This document shows positions 18,814 to 28,998 of a stretch of 38,415 nt of DNA, in pieces. Numbering within the stretch: the first letter of the stretch is position 1; every line of letters starts with the position of its first letter. Position numbers and translations under genes: made by a program. This DNA comes from Candidatus Firestoneibacteriota bacterium (GTDB lineage: Bacteria; Oederibacteriota; D2-FULL-39-29; JBDRBU01), in NCBI GenBank assembly GCA_043822305.1, contig JBDRBU010000067.1, positions 1-38,415 of the forward strand. Direction: 5' to 3'. Under the pieces are notes generated by a model. It had not been told where the DNA came from and made no database searches. It worked only from the letters and a program-made list of their open reading frames with translations.

Positions 18814-20039
18814 TGAAAAACTTACAGGAACAATTACAAATAATTAAAAAAGGAGTAGTAGAAATTCTGACTGAAGATGAACTTATTGAAAAATTAAAAA
18901 GTTCTATAGAAAAAAAAGAGCCGTTAAGAATTAAATTAGGGATTGACCCTACCGCACCAGATGTTCATCTGGGATTTACTGTTCAATTACGAAAATTAAA
19001 ACAGTTTCAGGATTTAGACCATCAGGTTATTATTATTATAGGAAGTTTCACAGCCAGGTTAGGAGACCCTTCAGGCCAGAATATAACAAGGCCTCAACTT
19101 TCATATGAAGATATAATGAGAAATGTAAGATATTATGAAGAACAAATATTTAAGATTCTTGATAAATCAAAAACTCAAATTTTTTACAATGGTGATTGGT
19201 TTTCAAAATTTAAATTTACAGATGTAATAAAACTTACTTCAAAAATAACTATAGCGAGTTTATTAGAGCATGATTATTTTGGTGATAGGTATGATAAAGG
19301 GATTCCAATTAGTTTGCATGAGTTTATTTATCCACTACTGCAAGGATTTGATTCTGTTGAGATTAAAGCAGATATTGAAATTGGAGGAACTGACCAGAGG
19401 TTTAATGTAATTGTTGGTAGAAGTTTACAAAAGGATGCAGGGCAAGAGCCGCAGATTGGATTATTTTTGCCTATTTTAATTGGAATAGATGGAAAAAATA
19501 AGATGAGCAAGAGTTTAAGTAATTATATAGGCATCAACGAACCGCCAAAAGAAATGTATGGAAAGATAATGTCTATACCTGATGGTTTAATGTTAAGTTA
19601 TTTTGAACTTTTAACAGATGTTTCGACAGAAGAAATAAAAAAAGATTTAGAAGGTGGTTTAATTAATCCTAAGGAAATAAAAAAAAGATTAGCGAAAGAA
19701 ATAGTAGGTATGTATTATGATAAGAATATTGCAGAAAAAGAAGAATTAGAATTTGAAAGAATATTTAAAAATAAAGAATTACCTGAAGAGATTCCTGAGA
19801 TAGTAATAAATAAAAACGAGTTAAAAGATGGTAAGATATGGATAATAAAACTTCTTCAATTAACCAATTTAGTTAAAAGTAAAAATGAAGCCATGAGGCT
19901 CATATCACAGGGTGGAGTTTCTCTAGACAATGAAAAAATAAAGGATTCAAATACTGATATTGTTTTAAAAAATGGAAGTATAATTAAAGTAGGCAAAAGA
20001 AAATTTGTTAAGATAGGGATAAAACAAAGAGAACTGTGA
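18810..20039 (+). CDS. tyrS: Tyrosine--tRNA ligase
   Basis: GIDPTAPDVHLG, YPLLQGFDS, GGTDQRFN, KMSKS, C-terminal S4 domain. Confidence 0.96.
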   Translation: MMKNLQEQLQIIKKGVVEILTEDELIEKLKSSIEKKEPLRIKLGIDPTAPDVHLGFTVQLRKLKQFQDLDHQVIIIIGSFTARLGDPSGQNITRPQLSYEDIMRNVRYYEEQIFKILDKSKTQIFYNGDWFSKFKFTDVIKLTSKITIASLLEHDYFGDRYDKGIPISLHEFIYPLLQGFDSVEIKADIEIGGTDQRFNVIVGRSLQKDAGQEPQIGLFLPILIGIDGKNKMSKSLSNYIGINEPPKEMYGKIMSIPDGLMLSYFELLTDVSTEEIKKDLEGGLINPKEIKKRLAKEIVGMYYDKNIAEKEELEFERIFKNKELPEEIPEIVINKNELKDGKIWIIKLLQLTNLVKSKNEAMRLISQGGVSLDNEKIKDSNTDIVLKNGSIIKVGKRKFVKIGIKQREL

Positions 20040-22039
20040 TTAAGAAACTATTTTTTATTATTTATTTTTTATGGATGATTTTTGTATTAATAAATTATCG
20101 CACCTTTGGTGCGAACTTTCCGATTAAGGCTAATGAATTTCTAAATTATATTTTAATTAGCTTTCAATCAATATCTTTTAATAATTTAGTTCAGGTATCA
20201 TTATCAAACCTTTTAAGTATTGTTTATTTATTCTTTATAATAATAATAGCCTACTATATTGGAAGGAAGATATTAAAGGTTAATAATGGTGAGAGTAGTA
20301 TTTATGCCCTAGGATTAGGATTTTGTATTATATCGGTTAGTATCTTTTTGTTGGGTGTTTTAGGTTTGCTTTATCAATCTATAATATATATATTATTTTT
20401 TATTTTACTTATTTTAAGTTCTTTTTATTTTAGCAAAAATAATATAAATCTTTCTATTACTTTTAACCTTACCCATCTTGAATATCTTTTAATTTTTGTT
20501 GTCTTAATTTTTTTCATTTTAAATTTTATATGCTGTCTTACTCCGGAAACCTTTTATGATTCCTTGCTTTACCATTTAGCCGTCCCTTCTTTTTACTTAC
20601 TTAATCATAAAATCACTAACATTCCGAATAATGTTTTTTCGAATTTTCCTCAAAATATTGAAATGCTTTATCTGGTTGGACTTTCTTTAAATAATGAGAT
20701 TCTTGCGAAACTTATCAACCTGACGATGGGTGTGTTAACTATATTTTTAGTGTATTTTTTTGTTAAAAAGAATATAAATCAAAGAGTGGCTTTACTTTCT
20801 GTATGTATGTTTTATTCAATACCAATGATTAGCACAAACCAAATAAATACACAAATAGATATTGGACTTACTTTTTATGTTATACTTTCTTTATTCTGCA
20901 TATTAAACTGGATAAAAAGTAATTTTAAAAATCGCTACTATTTGATCTTAGGTGGATTATTTTCAGGGTTTTCTCTGGGAATTAAATATTCTTCGATTTT
21001 TTTCTTTATTCCTTTAATATTAATAGTAACAGGAACTATGATTTTAAGAAAACTTGATAAAAAAATAATTATTAAAAATTTGTTAATATTTATAGTATTA
21101 TCATCAATATTTATTCTGCCATGGTTAGTGAAAAATTTAATCTTTAATAATAATCCATTTTATCCTTATTTTTCAAATTTACCTGGTTTATCACAAATGT
21201 TATCTGAACAAAAAGGGTTAGTGTTTAATAACTTGTTTGACTTTATTAAGTTTCCATGGACATTAACTATAAATGGAATGTTTGGGAGTTCTAACTTAGG
21301 TGCTTTTCTTTTATTGTCTTTGCCTTTATTTCTATTACCTTTATTTAAATTGATTAAACAAAAACGGGAAATAAACTATTTACTAATTGTTTTTGTTTCT
21401 TACTTAATTATATGCCTTTCTATAACTAAAATTGCAAGATTCTTTATCCCTGGTATTTTAATATTGTGCATTATTTTTTCTTATTATATTTATAAAGTAA
21501 AAAATTTAAGTAAGAATAATTTTATAAGTAATAGTTTATATATAGTTCTGTTTGTTATCGTCGGCACTAATTTTATCTGGATTAGTGCTCTTCATTTTAG
21601 AAATATGGACCCATTAAGTGTAATTTTAGGGATAAAGTCAAAATCCGAGTACTTATCTATTCCTAGACCCACTTATCCAAATCCATCTTATCCGGTGATA
21701 GAGTATATTAATAATAATTTACCTGATGATTCAAAGGTCCTGTTTATAGGTGAAACACGGGGTTATTATTGTCATAAACTCTTTATAACTAACAGTGTTT
21801 TTGATAAAATGTTATTATGTCATCTAATAGAAAACAGTGTTTCTGTTGATGATGTGAAACAGAAATTAATAAAACAAAATATAAAGTATGTTCTTATTAA
21901 TTCTATGGAAATCATGCGGTTAAGAACAAAATATTCGGATTACAATTTTGAAGGAAAATTATATTCAGATTTCTTTAAAAGTTTAAATAAAAAAATTTAT
22001 TCTAACTCTGATGTTTATTTATATGAAATAGTTGGATAA
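20036..22039 (+). CDS. Polytopic GT-C (ArnT/PMT-like) glycosyltransferase
   Basis: Many TM segments; PETFYDSLLYHL, G...GIKYS, PWLVKN...NPFYP, RFFIP motifs. Confidence 0.7.
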   Translation: MIKKLFFIIYFLWMIFVLINYRTFGANFPIKANEFLNYILISFQSISFNNLVQVSLSNLLSIVYLFFIIIIAYYIGRKILKVNNGESSIYALGLGFCIISVSIFLLGVLGLLYQSIIYILFFILLILSSFYFSKNNINLSITFNLTHLEYLLIFVVLIFFILNFICCLTPETFYDSLLYHLAVPSFYLLNHKITNIPNNVFSNFPQNIEMLYLVGLSLNNEILAKLINLTMGVLTIFLVYFFVKKNINQRVALLSVCMFYSIPMISTNQINTQIDIGLTFYVILSLFCILNWIKSNFKNRYYLILGGLFSGFSLGIKYSSIFFFIPLILIVTGTMILRKLDKKIIIKNLLIFIVLSSIFILPWLVKNLIFNNNPFYPYFSNLPGLSQMLSEQKGLVFNNLFDFIKFPWTLTINGMFGSSNLGAFLLLSLPLFLLPLFKLIKQKREINYLLIVFVSYLIICLSITKIARFFIPGILILCIIFSYYIYKVKNLSKNNFISNSLYIVLFVIVGTNFIWISALHFRNMDPLSVILGIKSKSEYLSIPRPTYPNPSYPVIEYINNNLPDDSKVLFIGETRGYYCHKLFITNSVFDKMLLCHLIENSVSVDDVKQKLIKQNIKYVLINSMEIMRLRTKYSDYNFEGKLYSDFFKSLNKKIYSNSDVYLYEIVG

Positions 22040-22045
22040 GAAAAA

Positions 22046-22627
22046 ATGTTAAAAAAAAAGAAAATCATAGTTCTAGGAATTTTATTTTTGTTGTTAATTG
22101 GCATGTTTTTTATTAGTGACTGGTTTTGGAATGCACTAAGTCCAATACTTTATAAAGATTTACTATATAAATACGCTGGCGAGTTTAAGATAGACCCACT
22201 TTTAATAGCAGCCATAATCAAATGTGAAAGCACATTTAATCCAATGGCTACATCTAAGAAAGGGGCAAAAGGACTTATGCAAATGATGCCAGAGACAGCC
22301 GAAGAGTTAGCACTTGAATTAAATATAGATTATATAAATGAAGATGAACTTTATAAACCGGAAGTAAATATCCAGTTTGGTTTTTATTATATAACAAAAC
22401 TTCAGAAGCAATACAATGGAAATTTGATTTTTACTTTGGCGGCCTATAATGCTGGTACAAAAAAAGCAGATGAATGGATAAGTCGTTATAAAGGTGAAGG
22501 AGAAGATGATACTATAAGAATTATTACATTCCCGGAGACAAGAGAGTTTATAAGAAGAGTATTGCGAACTTATGGTGAACTTAAATTCATCAGGAAGTTA
22601 AAAAGGACATTACAATTAAAGGATTAG
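22046..22627 (+). CDS. Lytic transglycosylase (SLT domain) with N-terminal anchor
   Basis: IKCESTFNP, GAKGLMQMMPET, LAAYNAG, FPETR. Confidence 0.92.
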   Translation: MLKKKKIIVLGILFLLLIGMFFISDWFWNALSPILYKDLLYKYAGEFKIDPLLIAAIIKCESTFNPMATSKKGAKGLMQMMPETAEELALELNIDYINEDELYKPEVNIQFGFYYITKLQKQYNGNLIFTLAAYNAGTKKADEWISRYKGEGEDDTIRIITFPETREFIRRVLRTYGELKFIRKLKRTLQLKD

Positions 22628-22708
22628 TATTTGGATTTGAAATCGTTAGTAAGATAAGTTAAGGATAGTAAATCCTCTGAAGACCGTCATGGTGAATGGA
22701 GTTATTTT

Positions 22709-22738
22709 TGTCATTGCGAGCGATAGCAAAGCAATCTC
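22709..22738 (+). repeat. CGTC/TGTC-type REP-like repeat
   Basis: TGTCATTGCGAG...AAGCAATCTC; its 3' part matches 35939-35949 in reverse complement. Confidence 0.6.
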
Positions 22739-22759
22739 ATAAATTTAGGGAGGTGAAAT

Positions 22760-22783
22760 AAATATGGTGTCTGTCCCCATTTT
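22760..22783 (+). repeat. CTGTCCCC-family element, copy 4 (contains the mutS ATG)
   Basis: AAATATGGTGTCTGTCCCCATTTT. Confidence 0.8.
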
Positions 22784-25385
22784 AGATACTATAACTCCGA
22801 TGATGAAACAGTACAGAGAGATAAAGAAAAAATACCCTGAGGCAATACTTTTTTTTAGATTGGGGGACTTTTATGAAATGTTTTTTGAAGACGCTAAAGT
22901 AGCTTCTTCTTTACTCCAGATTGTTTTAACGAAGAGGAATTCAAGGGGGGTGGGTACTGGTAGAAGTATTCCTATGTGTGGCATACCATACCATGCAGCC
23001 TTAAACTATATAACAAAATTAATTAAAAATGGATATAAAGTAGCGATATGTGAACAAGTAGAGGACCCTAAATTAGCCAAAGGGATAGTCAAGAGAGAAG
23101 TTGTAAGATTGATTACTCCTGGAACTGTTATTGAAGATGCTTTACTTGAAAAAAAAGCCAATAATTTTTTATTTTCATTGAAATTAAATAATAAATTAGC
23201 TGGACTTTCATTTGTTGATGTTTCTACTGGCGAGTTTTTAATAACAGAAATTGACCTAGCGAGTTATCCCGATAAAATTTTTGAAGAGATTGATAAATTT
23301 AAACCACATGAGGCCGTATTGCCAAAATCATATGAGATCACACAAATAAAACTACTCAAATTTTTAAAAGAGAATAATATTTTAATTGATTATTATGAAG
23401 ACTATTGTTTTGACTTAGATATTACAAAAGAAACATTACTTAAACATTTCAAAATAAATTCTTTGGCTGGATTTGGGGTTGATGATTTTACTCTGGGTAT
23501 ATCTTGTGCCGGGGTTGTAATAAATTATTTGCAGGAAACTCAAAAAGGAATTCTTCTTCATATAAATAAATTAACTCCTTACAATTCTACTGAGTATATG
23601 CTGGTTGATTCTTCTACGAGGAAAAATCTTGAATTATTCGAGAGAATGTCCGATAAGAATCAAGAGGGTACTTTATACTGGGTTATTGATAAAACAGTTA
23701 GCCCCATGGGTGGTCGGTTATTAAAAAGATGGATTTTGGAGCCACTTTTAAGTATTACGAAAATTAAAGAAAGACAAGAAGGGGTAGAGGAGTTGTTAAA
23801 AGATTATATTTTAAGAACAGAGATTAGAAAAGTTATATCTAATTTATCGGATATCGAAAGGATATCAGGAAAAATAGGAACTAAATCAGCAAATGCCAGA
23901 GATTTAATAGCCTTAAAAATCTCTTTAAAAGAAATTCCAGAGATAAAAAAACTTTTAGAAAATGTAAAGTTTAAAATTTTAACAGAAATTAAAAATAATT
24001 TGGATGAATTAAAAGAAGTTATTTTTCTTGTTGAAAGTAATATTGAAGAAGAACCGCCTTTAAGCATAAAAGAAGGTAATATTATAAAAGACGGCGTTAA
24101 TGAAGAACTTGATAAATTAAGAAATATTAGCCGAAGCGGTAAAGAATGGATAGTTAAATTTCAAGAGCAGGAGAGGAAACGTACGGGTATAAGTTCTTTA
24201 AAAGTGGGCTTTACTTCTGTTTTTGGCTATTATATAGAAATTAGCAGGGCGAATTTATCTTTTGTGCCAGATAATTACACAAGAAAACAAACTCTAACTA
24301 ATGCCGAAAGATTTATAACTCAGGAATTAAAGGAGTACGAATCGTTAGTTCTATCAAGTGATGAGAAAATAAACCTGCTTGAATATGAATTGTTTTGTGA
24401 AACAAGAGAAAAAATAATTACTTACATACCAAATATACAAAAGAATTCTTTTTACATTAGTTATCTTGACTCCATATCTTCATTATCAGAAGTTGCTTTT
24501 GCTAACAAATATATTAAGCCAGAAATAAATGATACTGAAGTTATTGATATTAAAGATGGAAGACATCCTGTTATAGAGTTGATAGTTGAAAATGGTTTTG
24601 TTCCAAACGATACTTATCTGGGTAAAGAGAATCAATTGATAATTGTAACAGGGCCAAATATGGCGGGTAAATCAACTTATTTAAGACAGGTGGCCTTATT
24701 ATCGTTACTGGCCCAGATTGGTTCTTTTATACCAGCAAAAGAAGCAAAAATAGGGATAGTTGACAGAATATTTACAAGAGTAGGAGCGTCTGATAATTTA
24801 GCTTTAGGACATTCTACTTTTATGGTAGAGATGCTTGAGACAGCTAATATTTTAAATAACGCTACCCAGAGGAGTCTTATAATCTTAGATGAAATAGGTA
24901 GAGGCACGGCTACTTTTGATGGGATTAGTCTTGCCTGGGCGGTTGCAGAATATATCCATAATAAACTTGGAGCGAAAACCCTTTTTGCAACGCATTTTTA
25001 TGAATTAACTGAATTATCTTTAACTTTACCAAGAGTTAAAAATTATAATATATTAGTCAAAGAATGGAACGATGAAATAATATTTTTACGAAAAATTGCA
25101 GAAGGAGCTGCGGATAGGAGTTATGGTATCCAAGTGGCCAGATTAGCCGGATTACCCAAAGAAATTTTAAACAGGGCAAAAGAAATATTGTCTAACTTAG
25201 AAGATGCAAATTACAAAATAGGAGGGGCTGGGGAGAAAAGCAATCAATTATCTGTATTTGAAGATTTTAATAATGAGATAATAGAAGATTTTAAAAAAAT
25301 GGATATAAACAAATTAACACCTGTTGAAGCATTGAATAAATTAAGTGAATTAAAAAAGAAGATGAAAAGTAGGGACAGCTCCTAG
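22764..25385 (+). CDS. mutS: DNA mismatch repair protein MutS
   Basis: TPMMKQY, GDFYEMF, TGPNMAGKST, DEIGRGT, SYGIQVA. Confidence 0.97.
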   Translation: MVSVPILDTITPMMKQYREIKKKYPEAILFFRLGDFYEMFFEDAKVASSLLQIVLTKRNSRGVGTGRSIPMCGIPYHAALNYITKLIKNGYKVAICEQVEDPKLAKGIVKREVVRLITPGTVIEDALLEKKANNFLFSLKLNNKLAGLSFVDVSTGEFLITEIDLASYPDKIFEEIDKFKPHEAVLPKSYEITQIKLLKFLKENNILIDYYEDYCFDLDITKETLLKHFKINSLAGFGVDDFTLGISCAGVVINYLQETQKGILLHINKLTPYNSTEYMLVDSSTRKNLELFERMSDKNQEGTLYWVIDKTVSPMGGRLLKRWILEPLLSITKIKERQEGVEELLKDYILRTEIRKVISNLSDIERISGKIGTKSANARDLIALKISLKEIPEIKKLLENVKFKILTEIKNNLDELKEVIFLVESNIEEEPPLSIKEGNIIKDGVNEELDKLRNISRSGKEWIVKFQEQERKRTGISSLKVGFTSVFGYYIEISRANLSFVPDNYTRKQTLTNAERFITQELKEYESLVLSSDEKINLLEYELFCETREKIITYIPNIQKNSFYISYLDSISSLSEVAFANKYIKPEINDTEVIDIKDGRHPVIELIVENGFVPNDTYLGKENQLIIVTGPNMAGKSTYLRQVALLSLLAQIGSFIPAKEAKIGIVDRIFTRVGASDNLALGHSTFMVEMLETANILNNATQRSLIILDEIGRGTATFDGISLAWAVAEYIHNKLGAKTLFATHFYELTELSLTLPRVKNYNILVKEWNDEIIFLRKIAEGAADRSYGIQVARLAGLPKEILNRAKEILSNLEDANYKIGGAGEKSNQLSVFEDFNNEIIEDFKKMDINKLTPVEALNKLSELKKKMKSRDSS
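25365..25385 (-). repeat. CTGTCCC-family element, copy 5 (inverted; contains the mutS stop)
   Basis: Minus strand CTAGGAGCTGTCCCTACTTTT. Confidence 0.65.
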
Positions 25386-25513
25386 TCATTTTCTTTTAGA
25401 TACTAAATCACCAAAATCTTGAACTAAAACTCAAAAACTTTATTATTTTTATACTTTCCTATACTGTAAACAAAACAGCATTTTTTTTATTTTATTTTAT
25501 TTTATTTTTTCAC

Positions 25514-25543
25514 TTGATAAAGAGTGGTTTGATAGAGTATAAT
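25514..25543 (+). promoter_or_regulatory. Putative sigma70 promoter for the type II R-M pair
   Basis: TTGATA-N18-TATAAT preceded by a T-rich (TTTTA)n tract. Confidence 0.5.
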
Positions 25544-25622
25544 ATTTTATGGATTGGAGATGAGAGGAATGAAATTCCTATCATCATTTTAATAATTAAA
25601 TTAAAGGCATTGAGATAATTTT

Positions 25623-26384
25623 ATGAGTATGAATTTAAATGAAGCCGAAATTTTACAAATTGAAGAGATTCAAACGAAATATTATATGAATCCAATTTTA
25701 AGGCGAATTGAAAAATATGTTGAAATGAAAAAAAGCAAAAAGTTGGCATGGATTAATTCATTTGATGAAATTTACAAATTAATGCTTGAATCCAAAGATG
25801 ATGTTGAAAAACTTTTAATAAAGAGGGAAAAGTTAGGTGAAATAAAGAGTAAAGATCAAGCAAGAAAAAGTATTGCGGGTTCAGTATTCTCAAATACTAT
25901 AATTTTCATTTTCTTAAAAAATAAAGAAGAGGGAAATATTTCAAAAGATATTTTTATTACTTCTAAATATAAAAGATTAAAAGAATTTGAAAAGATTTTG
26001 ACTATTTATGTTGATTCAGAAACACAAAAACCGGATTGTGATTTAGTTATTTACAAATTAAAACAGGATAAAAGTTTTGATAAATGTATGATATTGTCTT
26101 TAAAAACTTCATTAAGAGAACGAGCCGGACAAACTTATAAATGGAAATTATTAATGGAAATTGCTTCATCTGATAATGAAATTAAGAGAAAGTATAACAT
26201 AAAATACAATCCGGTTGGTTTTCCATTGGTTGCTTTTGCTACAGTAAATTTTTATAACGAAATAAATAATCCACAGCATAGAGGTATGTTTAAGTTTTTC
26301 GATAAATCTTTTATTGCTAAGAATATTGATGTGGATTTTATTAATCGAATGTCTTCTTTAGTTGATTTTCTAAAAAATTGGTAA
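25623..26384 (+). CDS. Type II restriction endonuclease, BsaWI-like (CCGG-core family)
   Basis: KPDCDLVIY...ILSLKTSLRERAGQ permuted PD-(D/E)xK motif; translationally coupled to an MTase. Confidence 0.72.
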   Translation: MSMNLNEAEILQIEEIQTKYYMNPILRRIEKYVEMKKSKKLAWINSFDEIYKLMLESKDDVEKLLIKREKLGEIKSKDQARKSIAGSVFSNTIIFIFLKNKEEGNISKDIFITSKYKRLKEFEKILTIYVDSETQKPDCDLVIYKLKQDKSFDKCMILSLKTSLRERAGQTYKWKLLMEIASSDNEIKRKYNIKYNPVGFPLVAFATVNFYNEINNPQHRGMFKFFDKSFIAKNIDVDFINRMSSLVDFLKNW

Positions 26385-27739
26385 TGGAATACAGAGTAAT
26401 AAGAAATACTAAATATGATTTTGTAGGACAGAGTTATGCAACAACTTATCCGAATTTACATCGTTATCCTGCTACAATGATTCCTCAAATAGGCATTGAA
26501 TTGTTCAAAGAACTTGATATTAAAAGTGGTAAATTATTAGATCCTTATTGTGGTTCAGGTTCTTCTTTTATTGTTGGGATAGATAGAGGTATAAAAGAAA
26601 TGGATGGCTTCGACTTAAATCCTCTTGCAATATTAATTTCTAGTGTAAAATTTACAAAAACTAATGTTAAAGAATTAAAGAAAGTTGCTTGCGAAATTAA
26701 AAATAAATTATTTGAATATTCATGGAATAATGAAATAGATTTAGAAATTGAAATACCAAATGTTTACAATATTGAATTTTGGTTTCCTAAAAATGTAATT
26801 AAAGAATTAGCAATAATTAAAACTCTCATTAATAAAATTAAGAATAGTAGTATTAGAAGATTTTTGTTAGTTCCATTTTCTGAAACGGTTAGGGAATGCT
26901 CATATACAAGAAATGGTGAGTTTAAATTGTTTAGGATGAAAGAAGAAGATATGAAAAAGTTCAAGCCGGATGTTTTTGCAATTTTTTCTAATAAACTTGA
27001 TAAGGCAATTATTGTGTATGAAAAATTTTATTATCCTTTGTTAGATGGAATAAAGTTATATTTAGGATTTTCTCAATTTCCAAAAAAAGAAAATTATTAT
27101 GATGTGGTTTTGACAAGTCCACCTTATGGGGATAGCAGAACCACCGTTGCTTACGGTCAGTTTTCTGTTCTTGCGAATGAATGGCTTGGTATTTCAAATG
27201 CAAGACAAATTGATAATATGTTAATGGGCGGGAAAATTTCTAAGGAAAAATACCGAAAAGGAATAATGACAAATTATATAAACAAAGTTGAAAAAGTATC
27301 ACCTAAAAGAGCTTTGGAGGTTTCAGCATTTTATTTTGATTTAGAGGATTCAATTAAGAATGTAGCAAGTAGTATAAGTCAAGGAGGCAAAATAATTTAC
27401 ATTGCAGGTAATAGAATGGTTAAAGATGTTGTTTTGCCAACTGATCAATTTATTGCAGAAAAATTTGAAGAAAATGGTTTCAGACATTTATTAACTTATG
27501 AAAGAGTTTTAGGAAATAAGGCAATGCCGTCTTTAAATTCGCCTTCGAATCAATCAGGAGTGAAAAGAAACACAATGACAAAAGAATATATTGTAGTATG
27601 TGAAAAAGCATTTGGTCCGAAAAACTGGGTAGTATGCGATAAGCAGAGTTCTTACAAGAAATCAATAAAAAAAGCAAAACAAAGAAAGATTATAAAACGA
27701 AATTTTAAACAAAAATCAATTGCAGAGAGAAGTAAATAA
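26384..27739 (+). CDS. N4-cytosine DNA methyltransferase (alpha order)
   Basis: HRYPATMIP, DPYCGSGS (motif I) before TSPPYGD (motif IV); ATG overlaps the REase TAA. Confidence 0.88.
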   Translation: MEYRVIRNTKYDFVGQSYATTYPNLHRYPATMIPQIGIELFKELDIKSGKLLDPYCGSGSSFIVGIDRGIKEMDGFDLNPLAILISSVKFTKTNVKELKKVACEIKNKLFEYSWNNEIDLEIEIPNVYNIEFWFPKNVIKELAIIKTLINKIKNSSIRRFLLVPFSETVRECSYTRNGEFKLFRMKEEDMKKFKPDVFAIFSNKLDKAIIVYEKFYYPLLDGIKLYLGFSQFPKKENYYDVVLTSPPYGDSRTTVAYGQFSVLANEWLGISNARQIDNMLMGGKISKEKYRKGIMTNYINKVEKVSPKRALEVSAFYFDLEDSIKNVASSISQGGKIIYIAGNRMVKDVVLPTDQFIAEKFEENGFRHLLTYERVLGNKAMPSLNSPSNQSGVKRNTMTKEYIVVCEKAFGPKNWVVCDKQSSYKKSIKKAKQRKIIKRNFKQKSIAERSK

Positions 27740-27748
27740 TGGTAGAAT
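27720..27748 (+). promoter_or_regulatory. Putative sigma70 promoter for aminotransferase-serA
   Basis: TTGCAG-N17-TAGAAT with extended -10 TG. Confidence 0.45.
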
Positions 27749-27803
27749 ATAATAGAAAAATTAAAGAGAATATTACATCTGAATCTATCGTGAGGAGAAA
27801 AGT

Positions 27804-28952
27804 ATGAAAAAAAGATATATAATGTCACCCGGTCCAGTTGAAATCCCACCACAAGTTTTATCTGTGGCAGGTATGCCTATAATTCACCACAGAACACCTG
27901 AGTATAGAAAAATATTTGCAGAAGTTACTGAGGGTTTGAAATATGTATTTCAGACAAAAAACGATATTTTGATATTTCCATCAGCAGGAACAGGAGGGAT
28001 GGAAGCTGCTATTGTTAATTTAATTTCACCTAATGATAAAATTATTGTAGCAGCATCTGGTCAGTTTGGTGAAAGATGGAGTGCTATTGCAGAATCATAT
28101 GGTATTAATGTAATTAAACTGTATTCTGAATGGGGAGAAGAGGTTGATTCTAAAAAAATTGAAGAAGAACTTGAGAAGAATAAGGATGTAAAAGCAGTAT
28201 TTACTACTTTAAGTGAGACCTCTACAGGTGTTGAAAATGATATAGAAGCAATTGGGAAAGTAGTAAGTAAAACAAATGCAGTATTAGTAGTTGATGCAAT
28301 CTCTGGAATGGGAGCAATTAAATTTAAAACAGACGAATGGAATGTTGATGTTGCTGTAGTTGGTGCACAAAAAGGTTTAATGATTCCACCTGGGCTGGCT
28401 ATGATTTCTTTAAACGAAAAGGCAAAAAAACTTGTAGCAGAAAGTAAAACACAGAAGTATTATTTTAGTTTTGATAAAGCATTAAAGTCCTTAACAAAGG
28501 ATAAATTGCCTGATACACCGTATACTTCGTCAGTTTCTTTGATAATACAATTAAAAGAATCAATTAAATTAATAAAAGAAGAAGGATTAGAAAATATTTG
28601 GACAAGGCATGAGAAAATTGCAAATGCAGTTAGATCTGGTGTCCGTGCATTAGGGTTAAAACTATTTGCTAAAGGTAGACCAAGTAATGCCGTTACTTCT
28701 ATCTGGGCACCGGAAGGAATAGATGGTGATGCGATAAATAAGAAAATTAGAGATGATTATGGTATTACTATGGCCGGTGGACAAGGAAAGATGAAAGGTA
28801 AAATATTTAGAATAGGACATTTAGGTTATGTTGACAGATTTGATGCAGTTATTGCAATCTCAGCAGTTGAAATGGCATTAACTGAACTTGGGTTTAAAGT
28901 AAATTTAGGGGCTGGTGTAAAGGCAGTAGAAGAAGAGTTGATTAGTAAGTGA
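27804..28952 (+). CDS. Class V PLP aminotransferase (alanine-glyoxylate/serine-pyruvate family; likely phosphoserine aminotransferase)
   Basis: PGPVEIP, HHRT, ETSTGV, VDAIS, AQKGLMIPPG, FRIGHLG; adjacent to serA. Confidence 0.88.
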   Translation: MKKRYIMSPGPVEIPPQVLSVAGMPIIHHRTPEYRKIFAEVTEGLKYVFQTKNDILIFPSAGTGGMEAAIVNLISPNDKIIVAASGQFGERWSAIAESYGINVIKLYSEWGEEVDSKKIEEELEKNKDVKAVFTTLSETSTGVENDIEAIGKVVSKTNAVLVVDAISGMGAIKFKTDEWNVDVAVVGAQKGLMIPPGLAMISLNEKAKKLVAESKTQKYYFSFDKALKSLTKDKLPDTPYTSSVSLIIQLKESIKLIKEEGLENIWTRHEKIANAVRSGVRALGLKLFAKGRPSNAVTSIWAPEGIDGDAINKKIRDDYGITMAGGQGKMKGKIFRIGHLGYVDRFDAVIAISAVEMALTELGFKVNLGAGVKAVEEELISK

Positions 28953-28961
28953 AAAGTGAGT

Positions 28962-28985
28962 TGTCAAATGTCAAGAGCTGACCCC
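28962..28985 (+). repeat. CTGACCCC-family element, copy 6
   Basis: TGTCAAATGTCAAGAGCTGACCCC; 22/24 identical to 7785-7808. Confidence 0.85.
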
Positions 28986-28998
28986 ATTAGAGGTGGAT

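Noticed and set aside
22670..22745. Glycine or fluoride riboswitch upstream of mutS
   Set aside because: Only fragmentary resemblance; conserved cores and pairings are missing, and the context is implausible
27734..27745. AAATAATGGTAG identical to the 5' half of element copy 3
   Set aside because: No CTGTCCC core; explained by a stop codon plus an extended -10 box in AT-rich DNA
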